A stretch of DNA of 64,000 nucleotides from Pseudomonadota bacterium (GTDB lineage: Bacteria; Pseudomonadota; Alphaproteobacteria; Rhizobiales; Xanthobacteraceae): the NCBI GenBank assembly GCA_040390145.1, contig JAZJYY010000061.1, positions 2,732 to 66,731 on the forward strand, read 5' to 3'. The notes below the pieces were generated by a model. It was not told the origin of the DNA. It worked only from the letters and a program-made list of their open reading frames with translations, and did no database searches. The position numbers and the translations under genes are program-made. Of this stretch, positions 19,673 to 28,444 are shown one piece after another (position 1 is the first letter of the stretch; each line of letters opens with the position of its first letter).

Positions 19673-21046
19673 ATGAAATCGCTGGCAAAAATCGGTGTAT
19701 CGGCGAGGTTCGCACAGACCGTGGCCGTTTTTGTCATTTCTTCCGTCATCTCGCTGCTCCTCCTGTCGAAGGCTTCGCCGATCACTTGGGAGGATCATTT
19801 CCAGATCGGACAGAATTTGAGGTCGACCGGGACACTGACGGTTGACGGCGTGCCTTCCATTCTCCGTCCTCCCGGATTTCCCGGTTTCGTTGCGGCAGCA
19901 CTTTGGGTTGGCGACGTGATTTCCGCGCCGGCAGACGCTCTCTCCGGACGCACCGCCGAGCGCGATCAGCGCATTGTGGTGTCCGCGCATGGACTGTTGC
20001 TGGGGACCATGGCGGCGGCGCTTTTCTTCTGGGCATCGCTTTCGAACAGTTTCATCGTGGCGGCGGGCATCGCTTTCGCAGCAACCCTGAACCCGTTTTC
20101 GCTGGCGCTCGCCCATGTCGCCTCCTACCATTTGCTGTTCGTGGTGATGACAACCGTATCCACACTGGGGCTGCTTTCGTTGCGGCGTTCCCCGTCATCC
20201 GGGCCCGCCGCCATGGCGGCGGGAATACTCTGGGGCCTGACCTCTCTGGTGAAGCCTGTCACGCTGGTCATTCCGTTTTTCGTTGCGCCGTTGATGCTAT
20301 GCCGGTTGCCGCGAAGCATGGCCATCAGGTCGATCGGATTGATGGGTGTAGGAATGATCCTGATCGTCGGCCCTTATGTTGCACGCAACTATCTGGTAAC
20401 GGGACAGCCGATCGTAACCGCCCAGTCGGGTTTTGCGTTCTGGGGAACTTCCATCGAGAAAATCGGCCCAGACGAACCATTCCTGGTCTGGCAGCCGATC
20501 TGGTGGAAACACGGAATGCCGACGTTCACGAAGATCACCGGCTCCGCCGAATATAGCGGACCGCTGTTGAACGCCCACGCCGTTCAACTCAACGCCGCGT
20601 TCTCCAAGGAGGCCCGGGAAAACATCCTCGCCGCGCCCGGAATCTATCTGCACAACGTCATTCACAATTTCATTTCCTTCAACCTGGACACGATGGAGTT
20701 CTGGAACAAGTTCTTTATCGTTCACAACAAGCGGCTGGCGCAGGCCCTTTCCAGGTTCTGGATTATCTCCCTGATGATGCTGGCCGCCGCGGGCATGATC
20801 TGGGGCTGCGTCAAACGCGACGATGATGCCATGACAGTGACCGCGATTTATCTCGGAATGGTCATTGCCCACTCGATCTCGTTTGCGACCGAGCTTTATA
20901 CGGTCTCGAAGCTCCCGTTGATCGTGCTGGGATTTGCGCTTCTGGTGAGAAGACTGGAGCATATGCCGCGTCACGCAATTCCCGCGCGCGCAGCGGCGTG
21001 CGGCATGGCTGGCTTCGGCCTGCTGATTTCGCTGGTGGCGGCGTAA
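19673..21046 (+). CDS. Polytopic membrane protein, GT-C (ArnT/GT39)-like
   Basis: WEDH, LRPPGFP, GLTSLVKP, PYVARNYLVTG motifs; many TMs. Confidence 0.6.
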   Translation: MKSLAKIGVSARFAQTVAVFVISSVISLLLLSKASPITWEDHFQIGQNLRSTGTLTVDGVPSILRPPGFPGFVAAALWVGDVISAPADALSGRTAERDQRIVVSAHGLLLGTMAAALFFWASLSNSFIVAAGIAFAATLNPFSLALAHVASYHLLFVVMTTVSTLGLLSLRRSPSSGPAAMAAGILWGLTSLVKPVTLVIPFFVAPLMLCRLPRSMAIRSIGLMGVGMILIVGPYVARNYLVTGQPIVTAQSGFAFWGTSIEKIGPDEPFLVWQPIWWKHGMPTFTKITGSAEYSGPLLNAHAVQLNAAFSKEARENILAAPGIYLHNVIHNFISFNLDTMEFWNKFFIVHNKRLAQALSRFWIISLMMLAAAGMIWGCVKRDDDAMTVTAIYLGMVIAHSISFATELYTVSKLPLIVLGFALLVRRLEHMPRHAIPARAAACGMAGFGLLISLVAA

Positions 21047-21050
21047 CGAT

Positions 21051-22649
21051 ATGAAGACAGGCGCAGCGAAGTTCTGGAATGCCTTGCTTGAACTCAATGA
21101 ACTCGGCTGGAGCGCTTTCCTGCTGTGTCTTGCAATTGCTGCTCATGCCTACTCCATAGCTGTCACTGGCGCGAAGTTCTGGATCGATTCAATCGTCTAT
21201 TTCGAACTGGCGCTGGCGCTGTTCGACGCCGATCAACTGGGCCGGCTGTACAATTCAGGATTTGGCTTTCTTTATCAGCACGTCGTTCCCGGCATGCCGT
21301 TCCTGATTCGCGGGCTGGACGAAATCTTCGGGCAGCACCTGTGGCCCGCATTGTCGATCATACAGGGTCTGCTCAGCGCATGCGCCGTCACCTATTTCGT
21401 GCTGAGCTTCAGGGACAAGCTCAGTCGGCCGGCGCAAATGGCCGTTGTGGTTCTCTGCGGGCTGCACCCCTATTTCGTGGCTTTTCATGCCGCGGCGCTG
21501 ACGGAATCCGTTTCGGCGTCGATCCTGCTGACCTCGCTCGCGATCGCGATCCGCGGCCTCAACGGACGGCTTTCCGTCACCTTCTCCGTGAGCCTGCTGT
21601 GGCTGCTTTCCATTCTGGCGGCGCAGTTCCGTCCCTATCTGGGACTGGTCGGAATCTGCGTCGCCGTGCTGGTGATATTCCAACGAGGGGCGCCCCGGCG
21701 TGTCGCGCTATATGCCGTTACGGCGCTGGCTCTTGCCGCGGGAATCCTGGTGTTTCCGCTGTACCGGGCCGCGCTGGGGATCGGCTTCTTCATACCCAAC
21801 GTCAGCGCCCTGATGCTCACGCATGTCTCGTACGTCGCCTGGGATCTCGATCCGGAGACCGCGCAGTCCCTGAACAACGTGGTGCTCAACGATGGCATCC
21901 GCGCCCGGCTGATCGGCAAGGAAGCCATCAGCTACGGCGACGCCAAACATATCTTCGACGATCTGGTTTCATCGGGTCGCACCCCCGCGGAGGCAAAGCA
22001 ACTGATCGCGGCCGCGGCATGGCGCGCCCGCACATCCTCCATCGGTATCGTCGAACGGCAACTGCAGCTGCCGCTCGCGTCGGTCGGTTTCCAGATTGCC
22101 GCCGCGTGTTGCCAGCCGAACCGTCAGCTCACCCGCGACATGACTGCGATGGATATGTTCCGTCATATCCGAAACTACTTTCGCTGGAATTCCGGAGTAG
22201 CCGGCACCAGCTACGTCGAGACATTCGACACGTTCTCGAACATGACGCGTTCGTCCCGAACCTACTCGGATGCGGCGGAGAATTTCTATGAGGCCAGGAT
22301 CCGTCCCTATGTGAGCGACTCCCTGAAATTTCTCCGCGATCCGCTGCGTCTCACCTTGTTCGTTACCGACCCGTTCATCCTGGTGGCCTGGTTTGGCCTG
22401 TTTCTTTGCTTCTGGCCCGGGCAAAGGACGGCGCTGCTGATCATGTTCGTGCCGTTCGCGGCGATCTATGTGGTGGCCGTTTATACCCACATTTTCGGCG
22501 ACAATCGTCACGCCCACCCGCTGCTCCCGATTATCGTCGTCGGGCTGGTGAAGGTCGCGGATGACTTCTTTAGCAAGGGTATCTGGGCGAGACTTCGCGC
22601 GCGCTGGAGGCCTTCGCACTCGAAAGCCCGGCCCGCAAACCTGCCTTGA
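21051..22649 (+). CDS. Polytopic membrane protein, GT-C-like
   Basis: WIDSIVY, VPGMP, ALTES, QFRP, DNRHAHPLLP; large periplasmic loop. Confidence 0.55.
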   Translation: MKTGAAKFWNALLELNELGWSAFLLCLAIAAHAYSIAVTGAKFWIDSIVYFELALALFDADQLGRLYNSGFGFLYQHVVPGMPFLIRGLDEIFGQHLWPALSIIQGLLSACAVTYFVLSFRDKLSRPAQMAVVVLCGLHPYFVAFHAAALTESVSASILLTSLAIAIRGLNGRLSVTFSVSLLWLLSILAAQFRPYLGLVGICVAVLVIFQRGAPRRVALYAVTALALAAGILVFPLYRAALGIGFFIPNVSALMLTHVSYVAWDLDPETAQSLNNVVLNDGIRARLIGKEAISYGDAKHIFDDLVSSGRTPAEAKQLIAAAAWRARTSSIGIVERQLQLPLASVGFQIAAACCQPNRQLTRDMTAMDMFRHIRNYFRWNSGVAGTSYVETFDTFSNMTRSSRTYSDAAENFYEARIRPYVSDSLKFLRDPLRLTLFVTDPFILVAWFGLFLCFWPGQRTALLIMFVPFAAIYVVAVYTHIFGDNRHAHPLLPIIVVGLVKVADDFFSKGIWARLRARWRPSHSKARPANLP

Positions 22650-22666
22650 ACGGCAGATGCGCGCCG

Positions 22667-23509
22667 TCAGGCGACGCGCGCGATCACGTTCATGCTTTCA
22701 CCGTCGGCGAGCATCCGCTGCAGCTCCTTTGCCTCGGACGGCAGCCGCTTCTCGGTTCGCTCATCGAAAAAGACATAACCGTTGGGAATGAAGTGGCTCA
22801 GAAGCTGATCGAGCGAAGCGCCGCGCTCCTCGAGCACATAGGGCGCCAGTTCCATCACAAAGATCGGCCGCGTATCGCGCAGCAGCGAGGTTGCGCCGCT
22901 GAGCACATCGCATTCGAACCCGTCGACGTCGAGCTTGACCAGTTGCACCTTGCGGTCGGCACGTTCGCTCAGGATGCTGTCGAGGCTGCGCGCCTGCGCG
23001 GATTCCGTCTGCATTTCGCGGCCGAGGTGCTTGGCGTGCAGCCCTTCTTCCACGGCGAGAGGCCAGCTCGAATAGATCGCGCCGGGAACGCTGGCGCCGT
23101 CGCTGGCGGTCAGGAAGCAATGGAAAGCCTCCACCCGGGACGCAAGCGTGGGATTGAGATCGAGGTTGCGGCTGAGTTTGCGGAAGGCAAAGTCGGTCGG
23201 CTCGAATGCCATCACGCGACCTTGAGGACCGACCAGGCCGGCGAGGTGCAGCGTGTGCGCCCCGATATTGGCCCCGATGTCGAGCACGAGGGCCGACGGC
23301 TCGGTGAGCCTGGCCAATGCGAGGGCAGTGCCCCGCTCGAACATGCCGCCGAGGTAGATGGCAAAATCGATGCCCTGCGAAAGGTCCAGTTCATAGCGCA
23401 CGCCCCGCCGGGCGAAGATGCCCTTGTCGGACCGTCCGGCGATGCCCCGGAAAGATCGCACGACATGGTGGATCGCGCGGGCGATGGCGATTTTGTTGGC
23501 CGTTTTCAT
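22667..23509 (-). CDS. FkbM family methyltransferase
   Basis: VLDIGANIGAH, AFEP, VKLDVDGFE.DVL.GA. Confidence 0.9.
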   Translation of the reverse strand: MKTANKIAIARAIHHVVRSFRGIAGRSDKGIFARRGVRYELDLSQGIDFAIYLGGMFERGTALALARLTEPSALVLDIGANIGAHTLHLAGLVGPQGRVMAFEPTDFAFRKLSRNLDLNPTLASRVEAFHCFLTASDGASVPGAIYSSWPLAVEEGLHAKHLGREMQTESAQARSLDSILSERADRKVQLVKLDVDGFECDVLSGATSLLRDTRPIFVMELAPYVLEERGASLDQLLSHFIPNGYVFFDERTEKRLPSEAKELQRMLADGESMNVIARVA

Positions 23510-23846
23510 CGAAATTCCAGTTGCGTTGAGCCCGGACAGATAGAGGTTTTCGGGCGAAAACACTACAGCCGTCAGGGGGCATTTCAGGTCATCGATGCTA
23601 TTTGTGGTGCCTGATTGCAAGGTCGCACGGGAGCAGGCGTTTCCCGGAAAGTCGCGCCGTATCGCTGTTCGCCTTCGCCCGACGCGGGGGTCGCAGCTCG
23701 ATGCCGTAGCGGGCGTGGATCTGCGCGATCGTGCCATCCACCAGCGGCGCCTCGATCACCGCGAGGCTGGCCAGCGATGAAGTCGGCGAATCGCGGACGA
23801 CGATGCTGCAGGGCCGCACGGCAGCGTTCGCGTGGTCAGGGCACTG

Positions 23847-23877
23847 AACGTGCAGCTCGATGTCGGCTGCACGTTTT
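23847..23877 (-). terminator. Hairpin downstream of the OMP gene
   Basis: aacgtgcagc...gctgcacgtt stem. Confidence 0.5.
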
Positions 23878-23882
23878 CCCGC

Positions 23883-26138
23883 TCAATAGCGGGCGACGAC
23901 CGGCGGTTCGGCTCCGAACTTGTAGGAAATGCCGGCGCGCAGCACCTCGATGGTCTGGCGGCCGCGACGCTCGGAATAGGATTGGTCACCCGGCACGGTC
24001 GATGTGAATGTGACGGTGTCCTGCACCTTGCCGAAGTCGTAATGCAGATATTCGAGCCGCCCGATCCAGTTCGGGCCCCACGGCATCCATTCCGCGCCGG
24101 CGCCGATGACGCCGCCAAAATGATCGGACGGCGTTGTCGTCGATTCGACCATGGACAGGCCGGCCTGGGCCGACGCCGTCGTCCCGGTTCGCTCCAGCCG
24201 TTCCCACGCCGGGCCTCCGGTCGCATAAAGCAGCGCGTTTTCCGTGGGGAGCCAGCCCAGGCGCGCGCGCGCGGTCGCGAGATATTTCACGCGGTCGCCG
24301 AGTGAATGGGTTTCCGTAAAGCCGGGAAATCCGTTGCCTCCCATCACGCTCCCGGAATTTCCCCTGATATCGCTAAGGCTGAAGTCGACCTCTAGTCCGG
24401 TCACGACCCGGCCATACTGCCAATTGTAGCCGGTGTGCCCACCGGCTACCCAGCCGCGCGACGTGATTCCACCGACCTGCCCGAAGTCGACGAAGTTCAC
24501 GACCTGGGTAAAGTCGTTGTTCTTCCAGGCGGAGCCGCCATGCGCACCGAGATAGTATCCCGCCCAGTGGGTTGCCGCGCCCGCGACCGCCGGCGCCTTG
24601 GCGTAAGGCACGGCCGTCATGCCCGTCGGATCACCGAACTTGTAGGACAGGCCGGCGCGCACGATGTCGAGATGATGGTTCCCGGCGGACGACGGCACGA
24701 AGATATTGGTATTGATCAGGCCGGAAGGCTGGATGGTACCGAAATCGTAATGCAGATATTCGACGCGGCCGATCCAGTTGCTGCCGGGCAGTTTTGCCTC
24801 CACGCCAGCGCCGGCGACCCAGCCGAACCGGTTGGTGGCGGCAACGCTGTCGAAACGCTGCGTGCCGGCCTGACCGGCGCGGACGATCAACAGGTCTCTG
24901 TCGAGACGCTCCCAGCCGAGGCCTGCGGTGCCATAGAGCAGCAAATTGTCGGTTGCCGACCAACCGAGTCGGGCGCGGAGCGATCCGAGATAGGCGATAT
25001 TGGTCGAACTCGCGGCGCTGTCCGCGGCGGCAAAGCCGGTGGGTGATGTGCCCTTGATGCCGGTGCCGCTGAAATCCAGCTCAAAGCCGGCGACCGCGCG
25101 ATCGAATTGCCAAGTGTAACCGGCGTGACCGCCATAGACGGCGCCCTTGAGGCCTGGCCCGGTAATGCTCGCGAGCGGCGTGAAATTCCAGGGATCGCTG
25201 TACTTGTTCGCTCCCCAGCCGTAGCCGCCGTGAACGCCGAGATAGAATCCCGCCCATGACGACATCGAGGTCGCGATCACCGGCGCCTTGGCATAGGGAG
25301 CCGGGGCCGCGGCGGCGAGCGTACCGAACTTGTAGGACAGCGCCGCGCGGACGATGTCGTAACTCTGGCGGCCCGATCGCTCGGCGAAGGGAGGAAAATT
25401 TGGAAGGGTCCCGAACCGGCTGCTGGCCCGCTCGACCGCACCAAAATCATAGTGCAGGTATTCGAGGCGACCGATCCAGTTGCTGCCGGCAAGCCTTGCT
25501 TCCGTGCCGGCACCCGCCACCCACCCCAAGCGGTCGAACGGGGTCCTCCCGCTGTTCGTGCCGTTCTGGAACGCATTGACGTTGCTCACGTCGCGCTCGT
25601 CGAACGACGTCTCGAACCGCTCCCATGCCACGCCGGCGGTGCCGAAAATCAGGACATTGTCGGTCGCCGTCCATCCGAGCCTGCCGCGAGCGGTGCCAAG
25701 ATATTTCGCACGATGGGTTCGGGTGTGATCGAACGTAAACTGGCCCGGCACGATTCCGGATCGCGACACGCTGCCGTGGATGTCAGTTGCGCTGAAGTCA
25801 ATCTCGAGGCCGGCGACCGCGCGACCGAATTGCCAGTTGTATCCGGCGTGAGCGCCGTACACCCCGCCGGCGGAATTGATCGGGCCGACATAATTGAAAT
25901 CAGCCTGGAGTTCGGCGAAGTCGTTCCGGCCCCAGCCGTAGCCGCCGTGAACGCCGAGATAGAATCCGGCCCATGAAGCCGCGATCGCGGGAGGCGCTGC
26001 CTTCGCCGCCGGCGGAATGTCGGCGGCGGAGACCTCGGACACGCCGGCAAGGGCGATGGCGCAGGTCGCGATCAGCCGCGAGGTCACGCCGGTGGGCGAG
26101 AGCCTCGAAGATGCCAAGCTTTCTGACGCGATCCGCAT
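23883..26138 (-). CDS. Outer-membrane protein with three tandem Omp25/RopB-like beta-barrel domains
   Basis: Signal peptide; three W.G(F/Y)YLG.HGG...WIGR.EYLHYDFG...RA..SYKFG units joined by PYAKAP linkers; ends VVARY. Confidence 0.88.
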   Translation of the reverse strand: MRIASESLASSRLSPTGVTSRLIATCAIALAGVSEVSAADIPPAAKAAPPAIAASWAGFYLGVHGGYGWGRNDFAELQADFNYVGPINSAGGVYGAHAGYNWQFGRAVAGLEIDFSATDIHGSVSRSGIVPGQFTFDHTRTHRAKYLGTARGRLGWTATDNVLIFGTAGVAWERFETSFDERDVSNVNAFQNGTNSGRTPFDRLGWVAGAGTEARLAGSNWIGRLEYLHYDFGAVERASSRFGTLPNFPPFAERSGRQSYDIVRAALSYKFGTLAAAAPAPYAKAPVIATSMSSWAGFYLGVHGGYGWGANKYSDPWNFTPLASITGPGLKGAVYGGHAGYTWQFDRAVAGFELDFSGTGIKGTSPTGFAAADSAASSTNIAYLGSLRARLGWSATDNLLLYGTAGLGWERLDRDLLIVRAGQAGTQRFDSVAATNRFGWVAGAGVEAKLPGSNWIGRVEYLHYDFGTIQPSGLINTNIFVPSSAGNHHLDIVRAGLSYKFGDPTGMTAVPYAKAPAVAGAATHWAGYYLGAHGGSAWKNNDFTQVVNFVDFGQVGGITSRGWVAGGHTGYNWQYGRVVTGLEVDFSLSDIRGNSGSVMGGNGFPGFTETHSLGDRVKYLATARARLGWLPTENALLYATGGPAWERLERTGTTASAQAGLSMVESTTTPSDHFGGVIGAGAEWMPWGPNWIGRLEYLHYDFGKVQDTVTFTSTVPGDQSYSERRGRQTIEVLRAGISYKFGAEPPVVARY

Positions 26139-26209
26139 GGGTTCCTCCGTTTTCGCAACGAAAATATATCCGGCAGCATCCAAACATTTGACGGAATATT
26201 TTTGTAATC

Positions 26210-26226
26210 TTCGTAAATTATACGAA
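26210..26226. promoter_or_regulatory. Palindrome in the AT-rich OMP/Lrp divergent region
   Basis: TTCGTA-AATTA-TACGAA. Confidence 0.4.
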
Positions 26227-26365
26227 AAGCTTGGCATTGTTGCGCAAATACAACGAAAATGTCCTGGCGGTCATGCCGGGCGTGCGAAGTTAGGTAGTTT
26301 GGCGGACTGGCGAAGCGGGCCGACCGGTGAAAGAAAGGACCGCTCAGGTGCTTGAATCCGACCTC

Positions 26366-26830
26366 ATGGCAAAATTCGACGACATCGACCGCCAATTGCT
26401 GACCCTGCTGCAGGACGACGATCGTCTGCCGCTGTCAGAACTCGGCAGGAAAATCGGAATCCCGGTTTCGACTGTCAACGACCGCATCAAGCGGCTGGTC
26501 CGGCAGGGCATGATCGCGGGCTTTCACGCCCGGATCGCACCGGAAGCGCTGGGGCTGAATTTGCTTGCCTTCATTCTGGTGAGCTGGAGCAATCCGAAGG
26601 TCGAGGCCGCGTTCCTGAAGAAAGCCAAGGCATCGCCCGACGTGCTCGAATGTCACCACATCACCGGCGCCTGGAATTATCTCTTGAAGGTGCGGGTGAA
26701 AACGACCGGCGATCTGGAACGGTTTCTCTCGGAAGTCGTCAAAGGCGTCGAGGGCGTCGAACGCACCGAAACACTGATCGCGCTGTCTTCCCCCAAGGAA
26801 ACGTGGAAGGTCAGCCTGCCCGACACCTGA
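26366..26830 (+). CDS. Lrp/AsnC family regulator
   Basis: DDIDRQLLTLLQDDDR HTH; ECHHITG.WNYLLKV. Confidence 0.92.
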   Translation: MAKFDDIDRQLLTLLQDDDRLPLSELGRKIGIPVSTVNDRIKRLVRQGMIAGFHARIAPEALGLNLLAFILVSWSNPKVEAAFLKKAKASPDVLECHHITGAWNYLLKVRVKTTGDLERFLSEVVKGVEGVERTETLIALSSPKETWKVSLPDT

Positions 26831-26974
26831 GCGCGTCACCCCGGAGCGACGCCCGTCATCCCGGTCTGCACGACAACCATGCATCGGCGGCCGCTTTCCG
26901 CGATTGCCTTGACCTTTGCCGCCCCGTAGTTTGGGGCCAAGCATCCAAGAACAACGAGTCCGGAGAGAAACCCC

Positions 26975-28216
26975 ATGGCGCGCCTCAAATTCGGAGCCTT
27001 CCTCGCCCCGCATCACCCGATCGGCGAGCATCCGATGCTGCAATTCCGCAGGGATCTCGACCTGGTCGAACAGCTCGACGCGCTCGGCTATGACGAATTC
27101 TGGTGCGGCGAGCATCATTCCTCGGGCTGGGAGACCATCGCCTCGCCGGAGATGTTCCTGGCCGCCGCCGGCGAGCGCACCAAGCGCATCAGGCTCGGAA
27201 CCGGCGTGGTCTCGCTGCCCTATCACCATCCCTACAACGTCGCGCAGCGCATGGTGCAGCTCGACCACATGACCGGCGGCCGCGCCATTTTCGGTTCCGG
27301 ACCGGGCGCGCTGGCCTCCGATGCCCACACGCTCGGCATCGATCCGATGACGCAGCGCGACCGCCAGGACGAGGCGATCGGAATCATCCGCCGGCTGTTC
27401 AACGGCGAGCGCGTCACCGCGAAAAGCGACTGGTTCACCATGAACGACGCCGCGCTGCAGATTCTGCCGCTGCAGGAAGAGATGCCGTTCGTGGTGGCCT
27501 CGCAGATCTCGCCGTCGGGCATGACGCTGGCCGGCAAATACGGCATCGGCATCATCTCGCTGGGCTCGATGTCGACGCAGGGCCTGATGGCGCTGCCGAC
27601 GCAATGGGGTTTTGCCGAGGACGCGGCGAAGAAGGCCGGCACCACCGTGAGCCGCGCCAACTGGCGCGTGCTGCTGAGCTGGCACATCGCCGAAACCCGC
27701 GAGCAGGCGCAGCGCGAGGCCGGCCCGGGCCTGATGCGCTGGCACAACGAATATAATGTCCGCACCCTGCAGCGGCCGGGGCTGCAGCCGTTCACGTCGC
27801 CCGAAGACGCGGTGGAGAAGACCGCCGGCGGCGAAGGTGCGGCCTCCACCATCGGCACCCCCGACGATCTGGTCAAAACCATCAAGAGCCTGATGGAGGT
27901 CTCCGGCGGCGTCGGCACCATCGTCGGCTTCGTGCACGACTGGGCCAACCCCGAAAACACCCGCCGCAGCTGGGACATGGTGGCGCGCTACGTGGTGCCG
28001 GAGATCAACGGCCACATCGCGAAACTGCGCGAGTCGCAAAAATTCCTGATCGAGAACCGCGCGGTGTTCGAGCGCGCCGGCCAGGCTGTGATGGCCAAGA
28101 TCATGGAGAACGACAAGGCCGCGGCCGCGCTGCAGCACACCGGCCCCGGCCGCGTCGCGATCCCGACCATCAACGCACCGGACCTGCAGAAGGAAGCCGC
28201 CAAGCAGAAGGCGTAG
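26975..28216 (+). CDS. LLM flavin-dependent monooxygenase (limonene monooxygenase-like)
   Basis: FGAFLAPHH, WCGEHHSSGWE, LGTGVVSLPYHHP, GPGALASDA. Confidence 0.88.
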   Translation: MARLKFGAFLAPHHPIGEHPMLQFRRDLDLVEQLDALGYDEFWCGEHHSSGWETIASPEMFLAAAGERTKRIRLGTGVVSLPYHHPYNVAQRMVQLDHMTGGRAIFGSGPGALASDAHTLGIDPMTQRDRQDEAIGIIRRLFNGERVTAKSDWFTMNDAALQILPLQEEMPFVVASQISPSGMTLAGKYGIGIISLGSMSTQGLMALPTQWGFAEDAAKKAGTTVSRANWRVLLSWHIAETREQAQREAGPGLMRWHNEYNVRTLQRPGLQPFTSPEDAVEKTAGGEGAASTIGTPDDLVKTIKSLMEVSGGVGTIVGFVHDWANPENTRRSWDMVARYVVPEINGHIAKLRESQKFLIENRAVFERAGQAVMAKIMENDKAAAALQHTGPGRVAIPTINAPDLQKEAAKQKA

Positions 28217-28237
28217 GGGCGACGCGAAGGTGCTTGG

Positions 28238-28319
28238 CGTCATTCCGGGATGGTCCGAAGGACCAGACCCGGAATCTCGAGATTCCGGGTTCGATGCTTC
28301 GCATCGCCCCGGAATGACG
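28238..28319. repeat. Family B cruciform repeat
   Basis: cgtcattccggg...cccggaatgacg with internal hairpins; second copy at 30475. Confidence 0.8.
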
Positions 28320-28444
28320 AGCGCGATGGACAAGGGGTTATTTACCTGGCTGGATTATGCCGGTGACCGTCGGCCCGAATCCTCGGTCGCAATAAAGTCG
28401 CGGTCCGCTGGGATCATTGGCTGGGACCATCAGGAGCAAGTGTC

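Noticed and set aside
15325-26138. One-to-one match of three barrels, three GT-C proteins and three MTase domains
   Set aside because: Numerical coincidence with no sequence support
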